64,000 nt of DNA. Source: Eledone cirrhosa. Taxonomy: Eukaryota. Shown here piece by piece: positions 51,119 through 64,000 of the stretch; within the stretch, counting starts at the first letter, position 1; each line of letters begins with the position of its first letter. The notes under the pieces are model-generated. The model saw nothing but the letters and a program-made list of their open reading frames with translations. It did no database searches and was not told the DNA's origin. Location: the NCBI GenBank assembly GCA_964016885.1, contig OZ024764.1, forward strand, positions 1,302,001 to 1,366,000, written 5' to 3'. A program made the translations under genes and the position numbers.

Positions 51119-54100
51119 ATGGAGAATGAAACCATCGGAAAATTTCAGAACGTCTCTAATTTTGTCAAGGACATTCCCCTGACTTTTGCTAAAATTGCCA
51201 AGTGTGGCGCCATTGGTGGTAGCGGTTTCGGTGTTGGTGGTGGGTTCGGAGTCGGTGGTGGGTTCGGAGTCGGTGGTGGGGGTGTCGGATGTCTCACAGT
51301 TCAGCCGCCAGCTCCTCCGCAGCCAGTTCAGAAGAAGAAGAAAAAGAAAAAGAAGAAAGATAAGCTGCTCTCAGTTTCGCCATCACCGTCACCATCGTCA
51401 TCATCATCATCGTCGCTATGTAACAGCCATGGCGTTGCCGCTAACAACACATCTCCGAACAGACGACCAGCAACAACAAATGAAGTCGCTGCTGTTGCAC
51501 GAATGCCTTGCTCCGGCAATAACGTGAGTGCTCTACCGCATCACCAACAGCAACAACAACAAAAGAAGCTGCAACGACAACAAGAACTGCAGCAGATTGG
51601 AATCTGTTATCCTCATCATGATAAAAAGGCCGGTTTTTCACCCATGACATCATCAAACAACACCAAGAAGTGTTTCGCCAAATTGCCGAGTCTTTCTAAT
51701 CCGCTGTTGCAGGGCTTCGGTTCGTCGGGCGACTGTGACACAACAGCAACGGGGAAGGAGACTGACCTTGTCCCCGCGTTGCCATTTCCGACGAACAAAG
51801 GACAGCAGCAGCAGAAGACTTTCAAGTATGATGCTGGTCATGTGTTCGGGGATTTATCTGTTACTCAATATGGCAGTGGCGGTGGTGTGTTGGAGGTAGT
51901 GGTGTGTTGCAGTGGTAATAATTCTACCACAACTAACACCGTCACCAACAACAGCAACAACAACAACAACCTGTTCTTCAGAACTAGTCACAGCGGACTT
52001 CACGCTGCTGAGGACCTGTTGGTAGCTCAGCAGTTGAAAGACATTTGCGCCGGGAGTTCGGGGTCCGACGTACCTCATCAGATGACCACAAATGAAGTCT
52101 TAAGGAACAACAACACAAACTACAGTAACAACAACACCACCACCACCAACAACAATATGTACACTAACTACAACAACAGCAATTTTTGTGACAGCGGTGG
52201 TGGTGCTGGTGCTGGGGTCTGCAATATACAGGGTGTAAACTGTAAAATGATTTTAGCAGGGTCGGGGCGTGAAACTTCAGCCTCTGCTATGACCCCGACG
52301 ACCCCGTCCTCTGCTCCACTTGTCACTGGCGGGCAGGCTGTGTGTTCTGTGGGAGGGGACAGCTGTGGTGGTGGTGGGGATGTTTGTGACGGGGTTTCAT
52401 CAAAAGCTAATTTTCCGTCAACGTCAAACCCATGCCGTTCGCTGGCCCCGGACGGGAATATGAAGGTTGCCCCCACAACAGACCCAGAAAGGCTGGCCCT
52501 TATCCGACAACGGAAGAGGGAACGTAAGTTCCGTAAGCTGCAGTCCTTGTCGGCGCTGATGAGGGCCCCGGACGACAGACACAGCATGGTTGAACAACGG
52601 CTGATGTACACACTAAAACGGGAGAGGATGGAACGGGAAAACCAGAGACAGGAATACATGGACACCACGATGTCAACAAAGCTTGGTGACATTACCCAGA
52701 ATCCTTTTAACTGGATGGCTTCTTCAGTTGGACCCCACTACTCCACTCCCGCTACTCCAACCTTGCCCACGGCCACAATCGGCAACGGGGGCGCTGAGTG
52801 CGATAGGAAACCGTGGCAAACCGACGCAAGGGTTAAGAAACCGTGCAGCTTCTTCCACGAACCTTCGTTGCGGAACAACACCATTTTGAGCGAGAACTTT
52901 CCTGAAATGTCGAAAGCCCGCATGGATTATCGGACGGAAAAGAAACTCGATGATTCCGAATTGAATTCCTGGCAGCTTCATAACCCACCCCCCAGTTCCA
53001 ACAGCTCGGTGGTCGACGAGGCGTTACGGAGAGCCGCACTGAAATATATAAAGAGCGAGTCACCCCTGGATGAGCAGTTCTTGGTATCACCGGCTTCTAA
53101 AGAGCTGTCAGAGAATAGCATCATCGGCAGCAAGGCTGTTCTCGAAGACTTCCTGACTCCCCACTCCATGACGGAGGATGGTGGCTTGCTCCAGTCGGCG
53201 TCTGGGAAAATGTTGGATATAAACATCGGCGGGAAGATAATTCTGGAAAACTTCCTCACGCCCCGCGTCAAAAAAGAAGACGACAGTGGGTCTGATTCAA
53301 GTTCCTCCATGTCATCTGAGGAAGAGAACTCTCTGTCCCCGAAGATAAAGGGACTTCTTGGCTGCAAAAAAGAGACAGGATTGGGTGGCTCTAGCAGTAT
53401 TGCTGATGACGACACTGATGATGGTGGCGTTCGGGGTAAGCGAAAACATCGATCACAGCTGAAGTTTAGCGTCGAGTACAGTAACGAGGGCAGTGGTGGG
53501 GCGGGGGCGGGAGACAAGAAGACAGAATCGTCGTCGTCGGATCTGTATCATACGTCGACGACGGCGGGCGTCGGAAACGAGAACTACCGACGCAACCGGA
53601 ACCGCGCCCAGCAACACCGTAACCAAGCGCAGCAGAGGGCCTCGGGAGACTATGAGGCGCCGGATGTTAGCGATTCAGACGGGAGCGGGAACGAAGATGA
53701 GGACAGTAGCGTATTGGACGAAGGAACAGACGAAGACAGCGACGGCAGCATCTACAATAACAACAGCAACAGGAAGAAGTCCGGAAAGTTCTTTGGTGCG
53801 GCCTCAAAACGGAAAAACCAGAACAGCAACACAACCGGCCAAAAGAGGCGTGGGCGACCTCCTCTCTCCGATAAATACAAGCCCCAGGGCCACAAGACGA
53901 CCGTGGTCAGTGCCAAGGCAGCGAAGGTGAAGGTCAAGCGAAGGGGTCGCCCACCCCTCACGAGCGGTTCTGGTGTCGCGAGCAACAAGGCTAGCGCGGA
54001 GAAGGAGAGGCAAAGGGTGGCGCTGTCGTCTGGGGTCGTTACAACGGACGGAGCAACAGACGCGAGCGTGAAATCTGCCCAGCACCACCCCGCGTCAAAA

Positions 54101-56558
54101 TGTGGGGACGACACCACCACTACCACTGCTGATGCTTCTGCTGTCGAAAACAAAGTCCCCAAGAGGAGGGGCAGGCCTCCTAAAAAGGTTGTTGCTCCGC
54201 CCACTTTGGTTGAAGACCCGCCTCCAGCTCCCACCGAGGCGATCGAAGCTCCGCCCCTTTCGTTGTTACCCCCTTCACCGGCGCCACCCTCGGAGCCTCT
54301 CACCAACGAGGAGATGCTGAAGGCCAGGCTGAACCAACCGAGGCGTCGCGGTCGACCGAGCAAGGTGGACGTGATGCTGCGGGAGCTGGCTGCAGCCCAG
54401 CTGGCCGCTGCTGGCGGGAGCGGTGAGGGCGCGGAGCCAATGGCGCTGCCGACGCCCGAGCAGGTTGCAGCGGCGTTGGCAATGCAGCAGTCCGCTGCCG
54501 AGGAACTAGCGCAACAGCAACAGGCTGCGTCCGCAGCAGCAGCAGCAGCAGTGGCGGCGGCGTCGCCTGCAGCCAGCAACGGCGGGGGCAGCAGCAGCAG
54601 CTTGAAGAAGAAGAAGAAGAAGGTGTACGCTCGGAGGCGTTACCATGCCTACGGGCAGCGGAAACGGAAACGCCGGAAGCCAACCACGACCACCACCGCT
54701 GCTGATATATTGAAGGCCCTGCCAGGAATAACCGGAGGAGCGTCGACAGTGCTGTCGCCTGGGCTTGCTTCCGGAACAACGGAAGAAGGGCCCGGGGTTG
54801 GTTTGCACGCGACCCCCTATGGGGAGAAGGAAGGAGGAAGGGGAGGAGAAGACGACGAAGGCAGAGGAGAGATGTATAGTAGTAGTAGTAGTAGCAGTAG
54901 CAGCAGCAGCAGCAGCGGAGGTGGTGGTAGTAGTAGTAGTAGTGACAGTGGTGGACTGTATAGTGATGAGGACGCGACTACCGGCGGAGAGGAGGGGGAG
55001 GTAGGGGCGAGGAGGAAGTGTCGCCGTGACGACCTCGGAGGAGGCCTTTCCCCAACCCATCACCATCATCATCATCGTCGTCATCATCGCCATCATCATC
55101 ATGGCCAACACCACCACCACCACCACCATCAGGAAGAGGAAGAGATGGAAGAGCAACAACAACAACAACAACAAGAACAATGTCATAATAATAATAATAA
55201 TAATAATAGTAATAACAACATTCATCAGCAACAGCAGCAACATGGCGGCCATCTTGAGGAGGAAGGAGGAAAGGGAGCAGCGAGTGCCCTGAAGGGGAGG
55301 AGGAAAAGGAAGAAGGAAGCAGTGGTGGGCAGGAACGGGGCACCGGGTGTTGCTGCAAAGAAACGTCGACAGCAACAACAGAGCCACATTGATAATAATA
55401 ATGGTGGTGGTGTGGAGGTGGAGGGAGGAGTAGATGAAGAGGATGAGGAGGCTGAGGACGAGATGGAGGTGGAAAGAGTGTTGGTAGCGAGCGGGAGCTC
55501 GTTCCCTTGCCAGGTGACCGTGCTGAAGACAAAACGAGTAAGCGGGAGCGCCGGTACCTCAGCCACGAAGCGAAACTTATCCTCTAGCTCAGACCCAAGC
55601 CTGAAGACCCCTTTTTCTTCTCCGGCTGATAATAAAGAAAGGGTGGACGCTAAGAAAGGAGTCGGTATCGGAGCCAGCAGTGGCATAGGTGGAGCGGTTG
55701 GTGTGACGGGAGCGGCTGTAAAAGGCCTCAAGTCGAAGTCGTCGAAATCCAAGAACAGCAACAGCAACAACAAGAACAAGAAGAAAACCACCCCCGCGAC
55801 CGCCAACGCTACCCCCACGACCGCCGCCGCTACCCCGTTGCCACCGACGACACCCAGCAACCCCTCATCGTCTGTGTCCCCCCCGCCGTCATCATCATCA
55901 TCCTCCTCGTTCTCCTCCAGTTCTACCAAAGCTGGCGTTATTAAGATCAGTCGTAACAGCAATGTAAACGACGATATTAACAACAACAACAACAACAACA
56001 ACATCAAAAGCACTACTACTGCTGCTACTACTACTACTACTACTACTACTACTGCTGCTAATACAACTGCTGCCGCTACTGGCAGCGGAGGTACGTCATC
56101 ATCTGCTACGACGAAAAAACAGATTGTGCCACCGGTCTACAATGTGCCGCGGGTGATGTTGCCCCCGTGCATTAAGGACCACGGCATAGCTTGTCACATG
56201 TGCTGCCGGATACACACGCAGGACCACTTCTTCAAATACATGGAGCTGAAGTCGACGGAAACGTCGCATCGCTGTCCCCTCTGCGGGCAGTTGTTCTCCT
56301 GGAGCTGCCTGTTTATCGAGCACATGCGCGGGCACCCGGAAAACACGGCGCAGTACCGCTGCGAGTACTGCGGCTCGGTGTCGCGCAAAATCTCGTCGTA
56401 CTTCAATTGCCGCATCACCCACAGCCCGCCGACGCAGGAGTGGTTCGACCTGCAGAAGGCCTGCGACGACTACCTGGCCAGCCTCGAGAACAAGTCCGCG
56501 TCGGCCGCGGCTAAGAAGAAACGCAAGGCCACCCCTGCCACCGCAGGCACTCCGTCGA

Positions 56559-56589
<31 letters not shown>

Positions 56590-56896
56590 AGCAGCAGCAG
56601 CAAGTAAGGCGTCAGCAGGAACGAAGGCATCGTCATCATCATCATCATCATCAAAGAAGAAAGGAGGAGGTGCTGTTAGCAACTCTGGGGGTCGTGGTAG
56701 GAAGAAGGGCAGTGGTAAGCAACAACAACAACAACAACAACAGCAACAGATTAACACGTCTAGTACATCACTGGGAAAAACACAAGCACCGTCACATTTA
56801 TCTCATCAACACAACAACAACAACAACAACGCCACCAACAATAGTAGCGGTGGCGGAGGTGGTAATGTTAACAGTGTAGCCGGTGTCACCACCAAC

Positions 56897-56927
<31 letters not shown>

Positions 56928-58162
56928 GTAGCAGCAGCAACAACAACAGCAAGCGCAAGGGTCAGAAACAGGCGAAGGGCCGCAAATCAGCTAGTGGCAC
57001 AGCTGTCGACTCGAAGAGTGTGACCCCTTCTGGCACAGCCGCCACTCTCGCTGTGCCTCAGACAGCCAAGAACTCAACGAAGCCCTACGAATGTCACGTG
57101 TGCCACAAGGGCTTCTCGAATTTCAAGTTCTTCACAAAACACAAAGCGCTGCACCGTAGGGAGAAGGAGGAAGAGGAAGAAGAAGAAGCTGCCGCGGCCG
57201 CAGAAGAGGAGGACGAGGATGAAGAAGAGGAAGAAGAAGAGACTGCACACTGGTGCAAGGCATGCAACATGCCGTTCGCGAGCCGCGCGTCGCTGAGCAT
57301 CCACAAGTGCAGCCCAGAGACGGCTGCGTCTGGGTCTGATTTCATTTGCGACAACACACCTAGTGCAGGAGAGTGCAGCGACAGTAACAGCGACAGCGAT
57401 GAGTTCAAGTGTGACACGTGCGGTGCACTCTTCCCTGATGTCATCACTTACAGCAGCCACGCCAGTTTATGCAGCAGCAGACAGCGTGGTGGTGGTGCAG
57501 CGACTGCCGGCGCAAGCAAGCCGCTGCAGAGTTTGTATTCGTGCCTGGTGTGCAGTCGCAAATTCAAGCTGAAGCAGTCATTGGTGAATCACATGCGTAA
57601 ACACACTGGCGAAGAGGAGGAAGAGCGTATGTTTATCTGCGAGGTGTGCGGCAAGAGTTTCATGCAGTTTAGTAGCCTTGAGCGACACCGCAGGCGCTCG
57701 CACGAACGCAGCGACACCGATAGCAGGAGCAACGCCACCTACACACCCGCAGCAGCTGCAACTGGCAGTGCGGGGTTGTATGACTGCACACAGTGCAACA
57801 AAGTATTTACACACGACACCACCTACCGGAACCACATGAGAACGCAACACCCACAGCAACAGCAGCAACATCACCACGGTAACGACAGCAACTCGGTTGT
57901 GCAGTCGTCACTGGCAACGTACCAGCACGATGAAGAGGATGACAGCGGCGGCGGTGGTAACCATCGACAACAACAACAACAACAGCAGCAGCAGCAGCTG
58001 CTGCATTGCCCTTACTGCGACGAGCCGTTTCCGTCGCGCCACTCGCTCAAGATGCACAAACGCACGCACAACGAGCACCGGCCGTTCAAGTGTAACATGT
58101 GCAGCAGGTCGTACAAACGCAAGCACTCTCTCGTTGAACACCAACACAACTGTTGCAGATAA
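51119..58162 (+). CDS. Large AT-hook and C2H2 zinc-finger protein (2347 aa from the first exonic ATG), single terminal coding exon starting at 51105
   Basis: 7-kb open frame, GC-rich; strong polypyrimidine-CCAG acceptor ending 51104; four RGRP AT-hooks at 53843-54364; about ten C2H2/C2HC fingers at 56190-56425 and 57085-58160; TAA at 58160-58162. Confidence 0.92.
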
Positions 58163-58344
58163 AACTGCTTGAGTGAGGTTTGGGAGGGGAGGGGAGGGTT
58201 TTTTTCCGGGGGGTGGGGCGTGGGTGGGTAGGGGCTGGGGACATTTTGTATTTTTTTTTTTTTTTACTCTACATTATAATCAAAACTTAAAATAAATCTA
58301 TCAGGCCTTCTTGCCTTTGTAAGAAACCATTTTTATTTTCATCA

Positions 58345-58391
<47 letters not shown>

Positions 58392-58407
58392 GATATTATT
58401 ATTATGA

Positions 58408-58640
58408 AGGGCGGTGGATTGGCAGTATCGGTAGAGGGTCGGACGCCATGCTTTGCAGCATAGAGTTACGTCCCTTTATGGCCTGAGTTCAAATCCCGCC
58501 CGAGGTTAACTTTGCCTTTCATCCTTACGGGGGTCGATAAAATAAAGTACCAGTCACGCACTGGGGTCGATTTTATCGACTTTCCCCTCCCCCCCAAAAA
58601 ATTGCTGGCCTTGTGCCTACATAAGAAACCATTATTATTA
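58408..58640 (+). mobile_element. Full-length SINE family B downstream of the stop codon
   Basis: Complete head, core and (ATT)n tail. Confidence 0.88.
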
Positions 58641-58869
58641 TTATTATTAATGTTTTTTTTTTTTTTTTTCAAAAAAAGACATTTCTTCAGTTGAAGACAC
58701 AAACAAACCCACAACAAAATAAAAGAAAAAACACATTTACTAAATTAAAATGTAAAACAAACACCCACTCATACACACAAAATGGACCCCTTTATACAAA
58801 ACAATTTTCATTTAAACCAGTTTTACTTGGGTAATTTAAAAAAAATATTCACTATGAGAACAATTAACA

Positions 58870-59500
58870 GACTATTTCTGGTTTAAACCAGTTATAACTA
58901 GTAATGAACTAGTTCTGTTTATAACTGGTTATAATACTAAACAGACTTATTTTATTTTATATTTACAAAGAAAAATGTTGGTTTAAATTGGATATAACTG
59001 GTTATAAACTAGTTTGGATTGAACTGGATATAACTGGTTATAAACTAGTTTGGTTTGAACCAGACATAACTGGTTTAACCAGTCATAACTGGTTTAAAAC
59101 TATTTTGGTTAAACCAGACATAACTGGTTATAAACTAGTTTGGTTAAACCAGACATAACTGGTTATAAACTAGTTTGGTTAAACCAGACATAACTGGTTT
59201 CAATGTATTTTGGTTTAACCAGACAACTGGTTTAAAACTATTTTGGTTAAACCAGACATAACTGGTTATAAACTAGTTTGGTTTAAACTGGACATAACTG
59301 GTTATAAACTAGTTTGGTTAAATCAGACAACTGGTTTTAAACTAGTTTGGTTTAAACCAGACATAACTGGTTATAATTTGGTTTGGTTTATAACGACAAA
59401 ACTGTTTATAAACTAGTTTGGTTTTAACTGGTTTATAACTGGGTTTAAACTGATTATAAGTTGGTTTGGTTTAAACTGGATAGAACTGGTTATAATATAA
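58870..59500. repeat. Degenerate ~35-bp repeat built from short palindromes
   Basis: TAACTGGTTATAAACTAGTTTGGTTAAACCAGACA. Confidence 0.8.
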
Positions 59501-59989
59501 GCTGGACAGATTTTTTGATATCAAGAGAAGAGTCACAAAAAATTTGAATTGAAAAAGAAAATTAAAAAAAAAAGTTCAAAAAAATGAAAGACCCACAGAC
59601 AGACAGACACATGAGAAGAAGAAAATGATAATGTTGATTTCATTTAACTAATTAATTGAATTAAATTAATTAACAGATTTTAATTGGCTTTTTTAATGAG
59701 TTGAGGTTATATGTGAAATGTGTGTCATATATATATATATATAGTGTGTGTATATATGTAATGTGTATATATATATATGTGTATATGTATGTAATGTGTA
59801 TATATGTAGTATATATATTTTTTCTATTTGCTCTTCACACTTATAATACAGTAATACAGAAGACCCGCCTTCCCTTACATACAAACTTAAACCTACAGTC
59901 AATAGGCACCTCTTAACCAAAAATACATCGCACCCCACAACTCTACTGCATCCATTTCTCTGTAAAGTTATGTTGGTACCACAGAACAT

Positions 59990-60830
59990 CCAATCCTTCC
60001 TCCGGGATTTCTTGGCACTTCTTTACCCAGCGGTCATCCTCCATGCACATCACATGTCCATACCATCTCAGTCTTCTCTCCCACACACTACAACTTATCC
60101 CTCTTATACACAGTTTCTCTCTCAACACATCACATGTCCATACCATCTCAGTCTTCTCTCCCACACACTATAGTTTATCCCTCTTAAACACAGTTTCTCT
60201 CTCAACGCATCACATGTCCATACCATCTCAGTCTTCTCTCTCACACACTACAACTTATCCCTCTTATACCCAGTTTCTCTCTCAACACATCACATGTCCA
60301 TACCATCTCAGTCTTCTCTCCCACACACTACAACTTATCCCTCTTATACACAGTTTCTCTCTCAACACATCACATGTCCATACCATCTCAGTCTTCTCTC
60401 CCACACACTACAGTTTATCCCTCTTATACACAGTTTCTCTCCCAACACATCACATGTCCATACCATCTCAGTCTTCTTTCCCACACACCACAACTTATCC
60501 CTCTTATACCCAGTTTCTCTCACAACACATCACATGTCCATACCATCTCAGTCTTCTATCCCAAACTACAACTTATCTTGCTTATACCCAGTTTCTCTCT
60601 CAACACATCATATGTCCATACAATCTCAGTCTTCTCTCCCACACACTACAGTTTATCCCTCTTAAACACAGTTTCTCTCTCAACACATCACATGTCCATA
60701 CCATCTCAGTCTTCTCTCCCACACACCACAACTTATCCCTCTTATACACAGTTTCTCTCTCAACACATCACATGTCCATACCATCTCAGTCTTCTCTCCC
60801 ACACACTACAACTTATCCCTCTTATACACA
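59990..60830 (-). repeat. RTE fragment with an 80-bp segment amplified ~10 times
   Basis: Unit CATCACATGTCCATACCATCTCAGTC...TTTCTCTCTCAACA corresponds to 6830-6915 of the RTE. Confidence 0.88.
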
Positions 60831-60837
60831 ATATAAG

Positions 60838-63682
60838 AACAAACTACCTGCATCAGTTGTTAGCTGTCGAGACACTGCATCCTTTAAAACCTTCATGGAA
60901 CAAACTACCTGCATCAGTTGTTAGCTGTCGAGACACTGCATCCTTTAAAACCTCCATGGAACAAACTACCTGCATCAGTTGTTAGCTGTCGAGATACTGC
61001 ATCCTTTAAACCCTTCATAGAAAAAACTACCTGCATCAGTTGTTAGCTGTCGGAACACTGCATCCTTTAAAACCTCCATGGAACAAATTACCTGCATCAG
61101 TTGTTAGCTGTGGAGACACTGCATCCTTTAAAACCTCCATGGAACAAACTCCCTGCATCAGTTGTTAGCTGTCGAGACACTGCATCCTTTAAAACCTCCA
61201 TGGAATAAACTACTTGCATCAGGTGTTAGCTGTCGAGACACTGCATCCTTTAAAACCTCCATGGAACAAACTACCTGCATCAGTTGTTAGCTCTCGAGAC
61301 ACTGCATCCTTTAAAACCTCCATGGAACAAACTCCTTGCATCCTTTAGAGCCTCCATCGAACAAACTAGCTGCATCAGTTGTTAGCTGTCAAGACACTGC
61401 ACCCTTTAAAAACTCCATGGAACAAACTACCTGCATCAGTTGTTAGGTGTCGAGACACTGCATCCTTTAAAACCTCCATGGAACAACCTCCCTGCATCAG
61501 TTGTTAGCTGTCGAGAGACTGCATCCTTTAAAAACTCCCTGCATCCTTTAAAACCTCCATGGAATAAACTACCTGCATTAGGTGTTAGCTGTCGAGACAC
61601 TGCATCCTTTAAAACCTCCATGGAACAAACTACCTGCATCAGTTGTTAGCTGTCGAGACACTGCATCCTTTAAAAACTCCCTGCATCCTTTAAAACCTCC
61701 ATGGAATAAACTACCTGCATCAGGTGTGAGCTGTCGAGACACTGCACCTTTAAGACCTCCATGGAACAAACTCCCTGCATCCTTTACAGCCTCCATGGAA
61801 CAAACTACCTGCATCAGTTGTTAGCTGTCGAGACACTGCATCCTTTAAAACCTCCATGGAACAAACTACCTGCATCAGTTGTTAGCTGTCCTGACACTGC
61901 ATCCTTTAAAACCTCCATGGAACAAACTACCAGCATCAGTTGTTAGCTGTCAAGACACTGCATCCATTAAAACCTCCATGGAACAAACTACCAGCATCAG
62001 TTGTTAGCTGTCAAGACACTGCATCCATTAAAACCTCCATGGAACAAACTACCTGCATCAGTTGTTAGCTGTCGAGACACTGCATCCATTAAAACCTCCA
62101 TGGAACAAACTACCTGCATCAGTTAGCTGTCGAGACACTGCATCCTTTAAAACCTCCATGGAACAAACTACCTGCATCCTTTACAGCCTCCATGGAACAA
62201 ACTAGCTGCATCAGTTGTTAGCTGTCGAGACACTGCATCCTTTAAAACCTCCATGGAACAAACTAGCTGCATCAATTGTTAGCTGTCGAGACACTACATC
62301 CATTAAAACCTCCATGGAACAAACTACCTGCATCAGTTGTTAGCTGTCGAGACTCTGCATCCATTAAAACCTCCATGGAACAAACTACCTGCATCAGTTG
62401 TTAGCTGTCAAGACACTGCATCCATTAAAACCTCTATGGAACAAACTACCTGCATCAGTTGCTAGCTGTTGAGACACTGCATCCTTTAAAACCTCCATGG
62501 AACAACCTCCCTGCATCAGTTGTTAGCTGTCGAGACACTGCATCCTTTAAAAACTCCCTGCATCCTTTAAAACCTCCATGGAATAAACTACCTGCATCAG
62601 GTGTTAGCTGTCGAGACACTGCACCTTTAAGACCTCCATGGAACAAACTCCCTGCATCCTTTACAGCCTCCATGGAACAAACTACCTGCATCAGTTGTTA
62701 GCTGTCGAGACACTGCATCCTTTAAAACCTCCATGGAACAAACTACCTGCATCAGTTGTTAGCTGTCAAGACTGCATCCATTAAAACCTCCATGTAACAA
62801 ACTACGAGCATCAGTTGTTAGCTGTCAAGACACTGCATCCATTAAAACCTCCATGGAACAAACTACCTGCATCAGTTGTTAGCTGTCGAGACACTGCATC
62901 CTTTAAAACCTCCATGGAACAAACTCCCTGCATCACTTGTTAGCTGTCGAGACACTGCATCCTTTAAAACCTCCATGGAACAAACTACCTGCATCAGTTG
63001 TTAGCTGTCGAGACACTGCATCCTTTAAAACCTCCATGGAACAAACCCTGCATCAGTTGTTAGCTGTCGAGACACTGCATCCTTTAAAACCTCCATGGAA
63101 CAAACTACCTGCATCAGTTGTTAGCTGTCGAGACACTGCATCCTTTAAAGCCTCCATGGAACAAACTACCTCCATCAGTTGTTAGCTGTCGAGACACTGC
63201 ATCCTTTAAAGCCTCCATGGAACATCTGCCTGCATCAGTTGTTAGCTGTCAAGACACTGCATCCTTTAAAACCTACATGGAACAAACTACTTGCATCAGT
63301 TGTTAGCTGTCGAGACACTGCATCCTTTAAGGCCTCCATGGAACAAACTCCCTGCATCAGTTGTTAGCTGTAAACATACTGCATCCTTTAAAACCTCCAT
63401 GGAACAAACTAGCTGCATCAGTTGTTAGCTGTCTAGACACTGCATCATTTAAAACCTCCGTGGAACAAACTACCTGCATCAGTTGTTAGCTGTCTAGACA
63501 CTGCATCATTTACAACCTCCATGCTTCCTGAAATTCTCCAACACTACACCTGATATCCCCCCTATATATCATGACTCATACACTGTTCACTTTCCTGACA
63601 TTTGTATATTATTCTATGTACTATACATGCACCTTTGATGAGTTATAGTGTACCGTAGCACTGTACACAATAATTTCATTAT
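60838..63682 (+). repeat. 61-bp CR1-derived minisatellite (>40 copies) ending in the CR1 3'UTR
   Basis: Unit CATGGAACAAACTACCTGCATCAGTTGTTAGCTGTCGAGACACTGCATCCTTTAAAACCTC; 63520-63682 is the CR1 3'UTR. Confidence 0.95.
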
Positions 63683-64000
63683 TAAAACAGTCTATCTTGG
63701 TCAAAGGGAGATAATCTGACATCAGGACGTTATCGTCTGCCTTCAACCAATTTCTCCAAATTTGTGGCTACCTCACCCCAGTAAATTTACTGAAAGGTGG
63801 ATGAATGTGGCAAAAATAACCCGAATGATTGGGCCTTCTCTGTATATAAACCTGTAGGTTAAAGAAGAGAGCAAAAGGAAGAAAGGAGCACTTGCACAAC
63901 ACGCTCCTGGAGTTGAGGGTTGTTCTATCTACGGGGTATTAAACAACCCATTTGTGGCCCCTCCCCCCTATTGGGGATTTCGATTGTTGTGATTTGTTTG

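Noticed and set aside
52168-57877. Antisense and alternate-frame ORFs over the zinc-finger exon
   Set aside because: Expected shadows of GC-rich, triplet-repeat coding sequence; no motifs

Overview
Repeat-dense, AT-rich eukaryotic (animal) DNA. The SINE/LINE types, (TA)n/(CA)n load and large C2H2 gene suggest a coleoid cephalopod such as an octopus (inference). Two host genes face away from each other: the 5' part of an FBXO8-like F-box gene on the minus strand (coding exon 5604-5824) and a ~7 kb single coding exon for an AT-hook plus C2H2 zinc-finger protein on the plus strand (51119-58162). A degenerate C2H2 exon lies at 37419-37777. The rest is mobile-element debris: RTE and CR1-type LINEs, two tRNA-headed SINE families, a hAT/Charlie transposon, MITEs and a Penelope-like RT fragment. 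Three signals stand out. (1) Several hammerhead-ribozyme motifs and long palindromes, mostly in (TA)n tracts, including a ~570-nt non-coding element whose 5' end falls on the predicted hammerhead cleavage site. (2) Most large minisatellites are amplified pieces of a transposon. (3) Phase-compatible small 5' exons could splice to either of two zinc-finger terminal exons. All calls are by eye; no database search or folding program was run.
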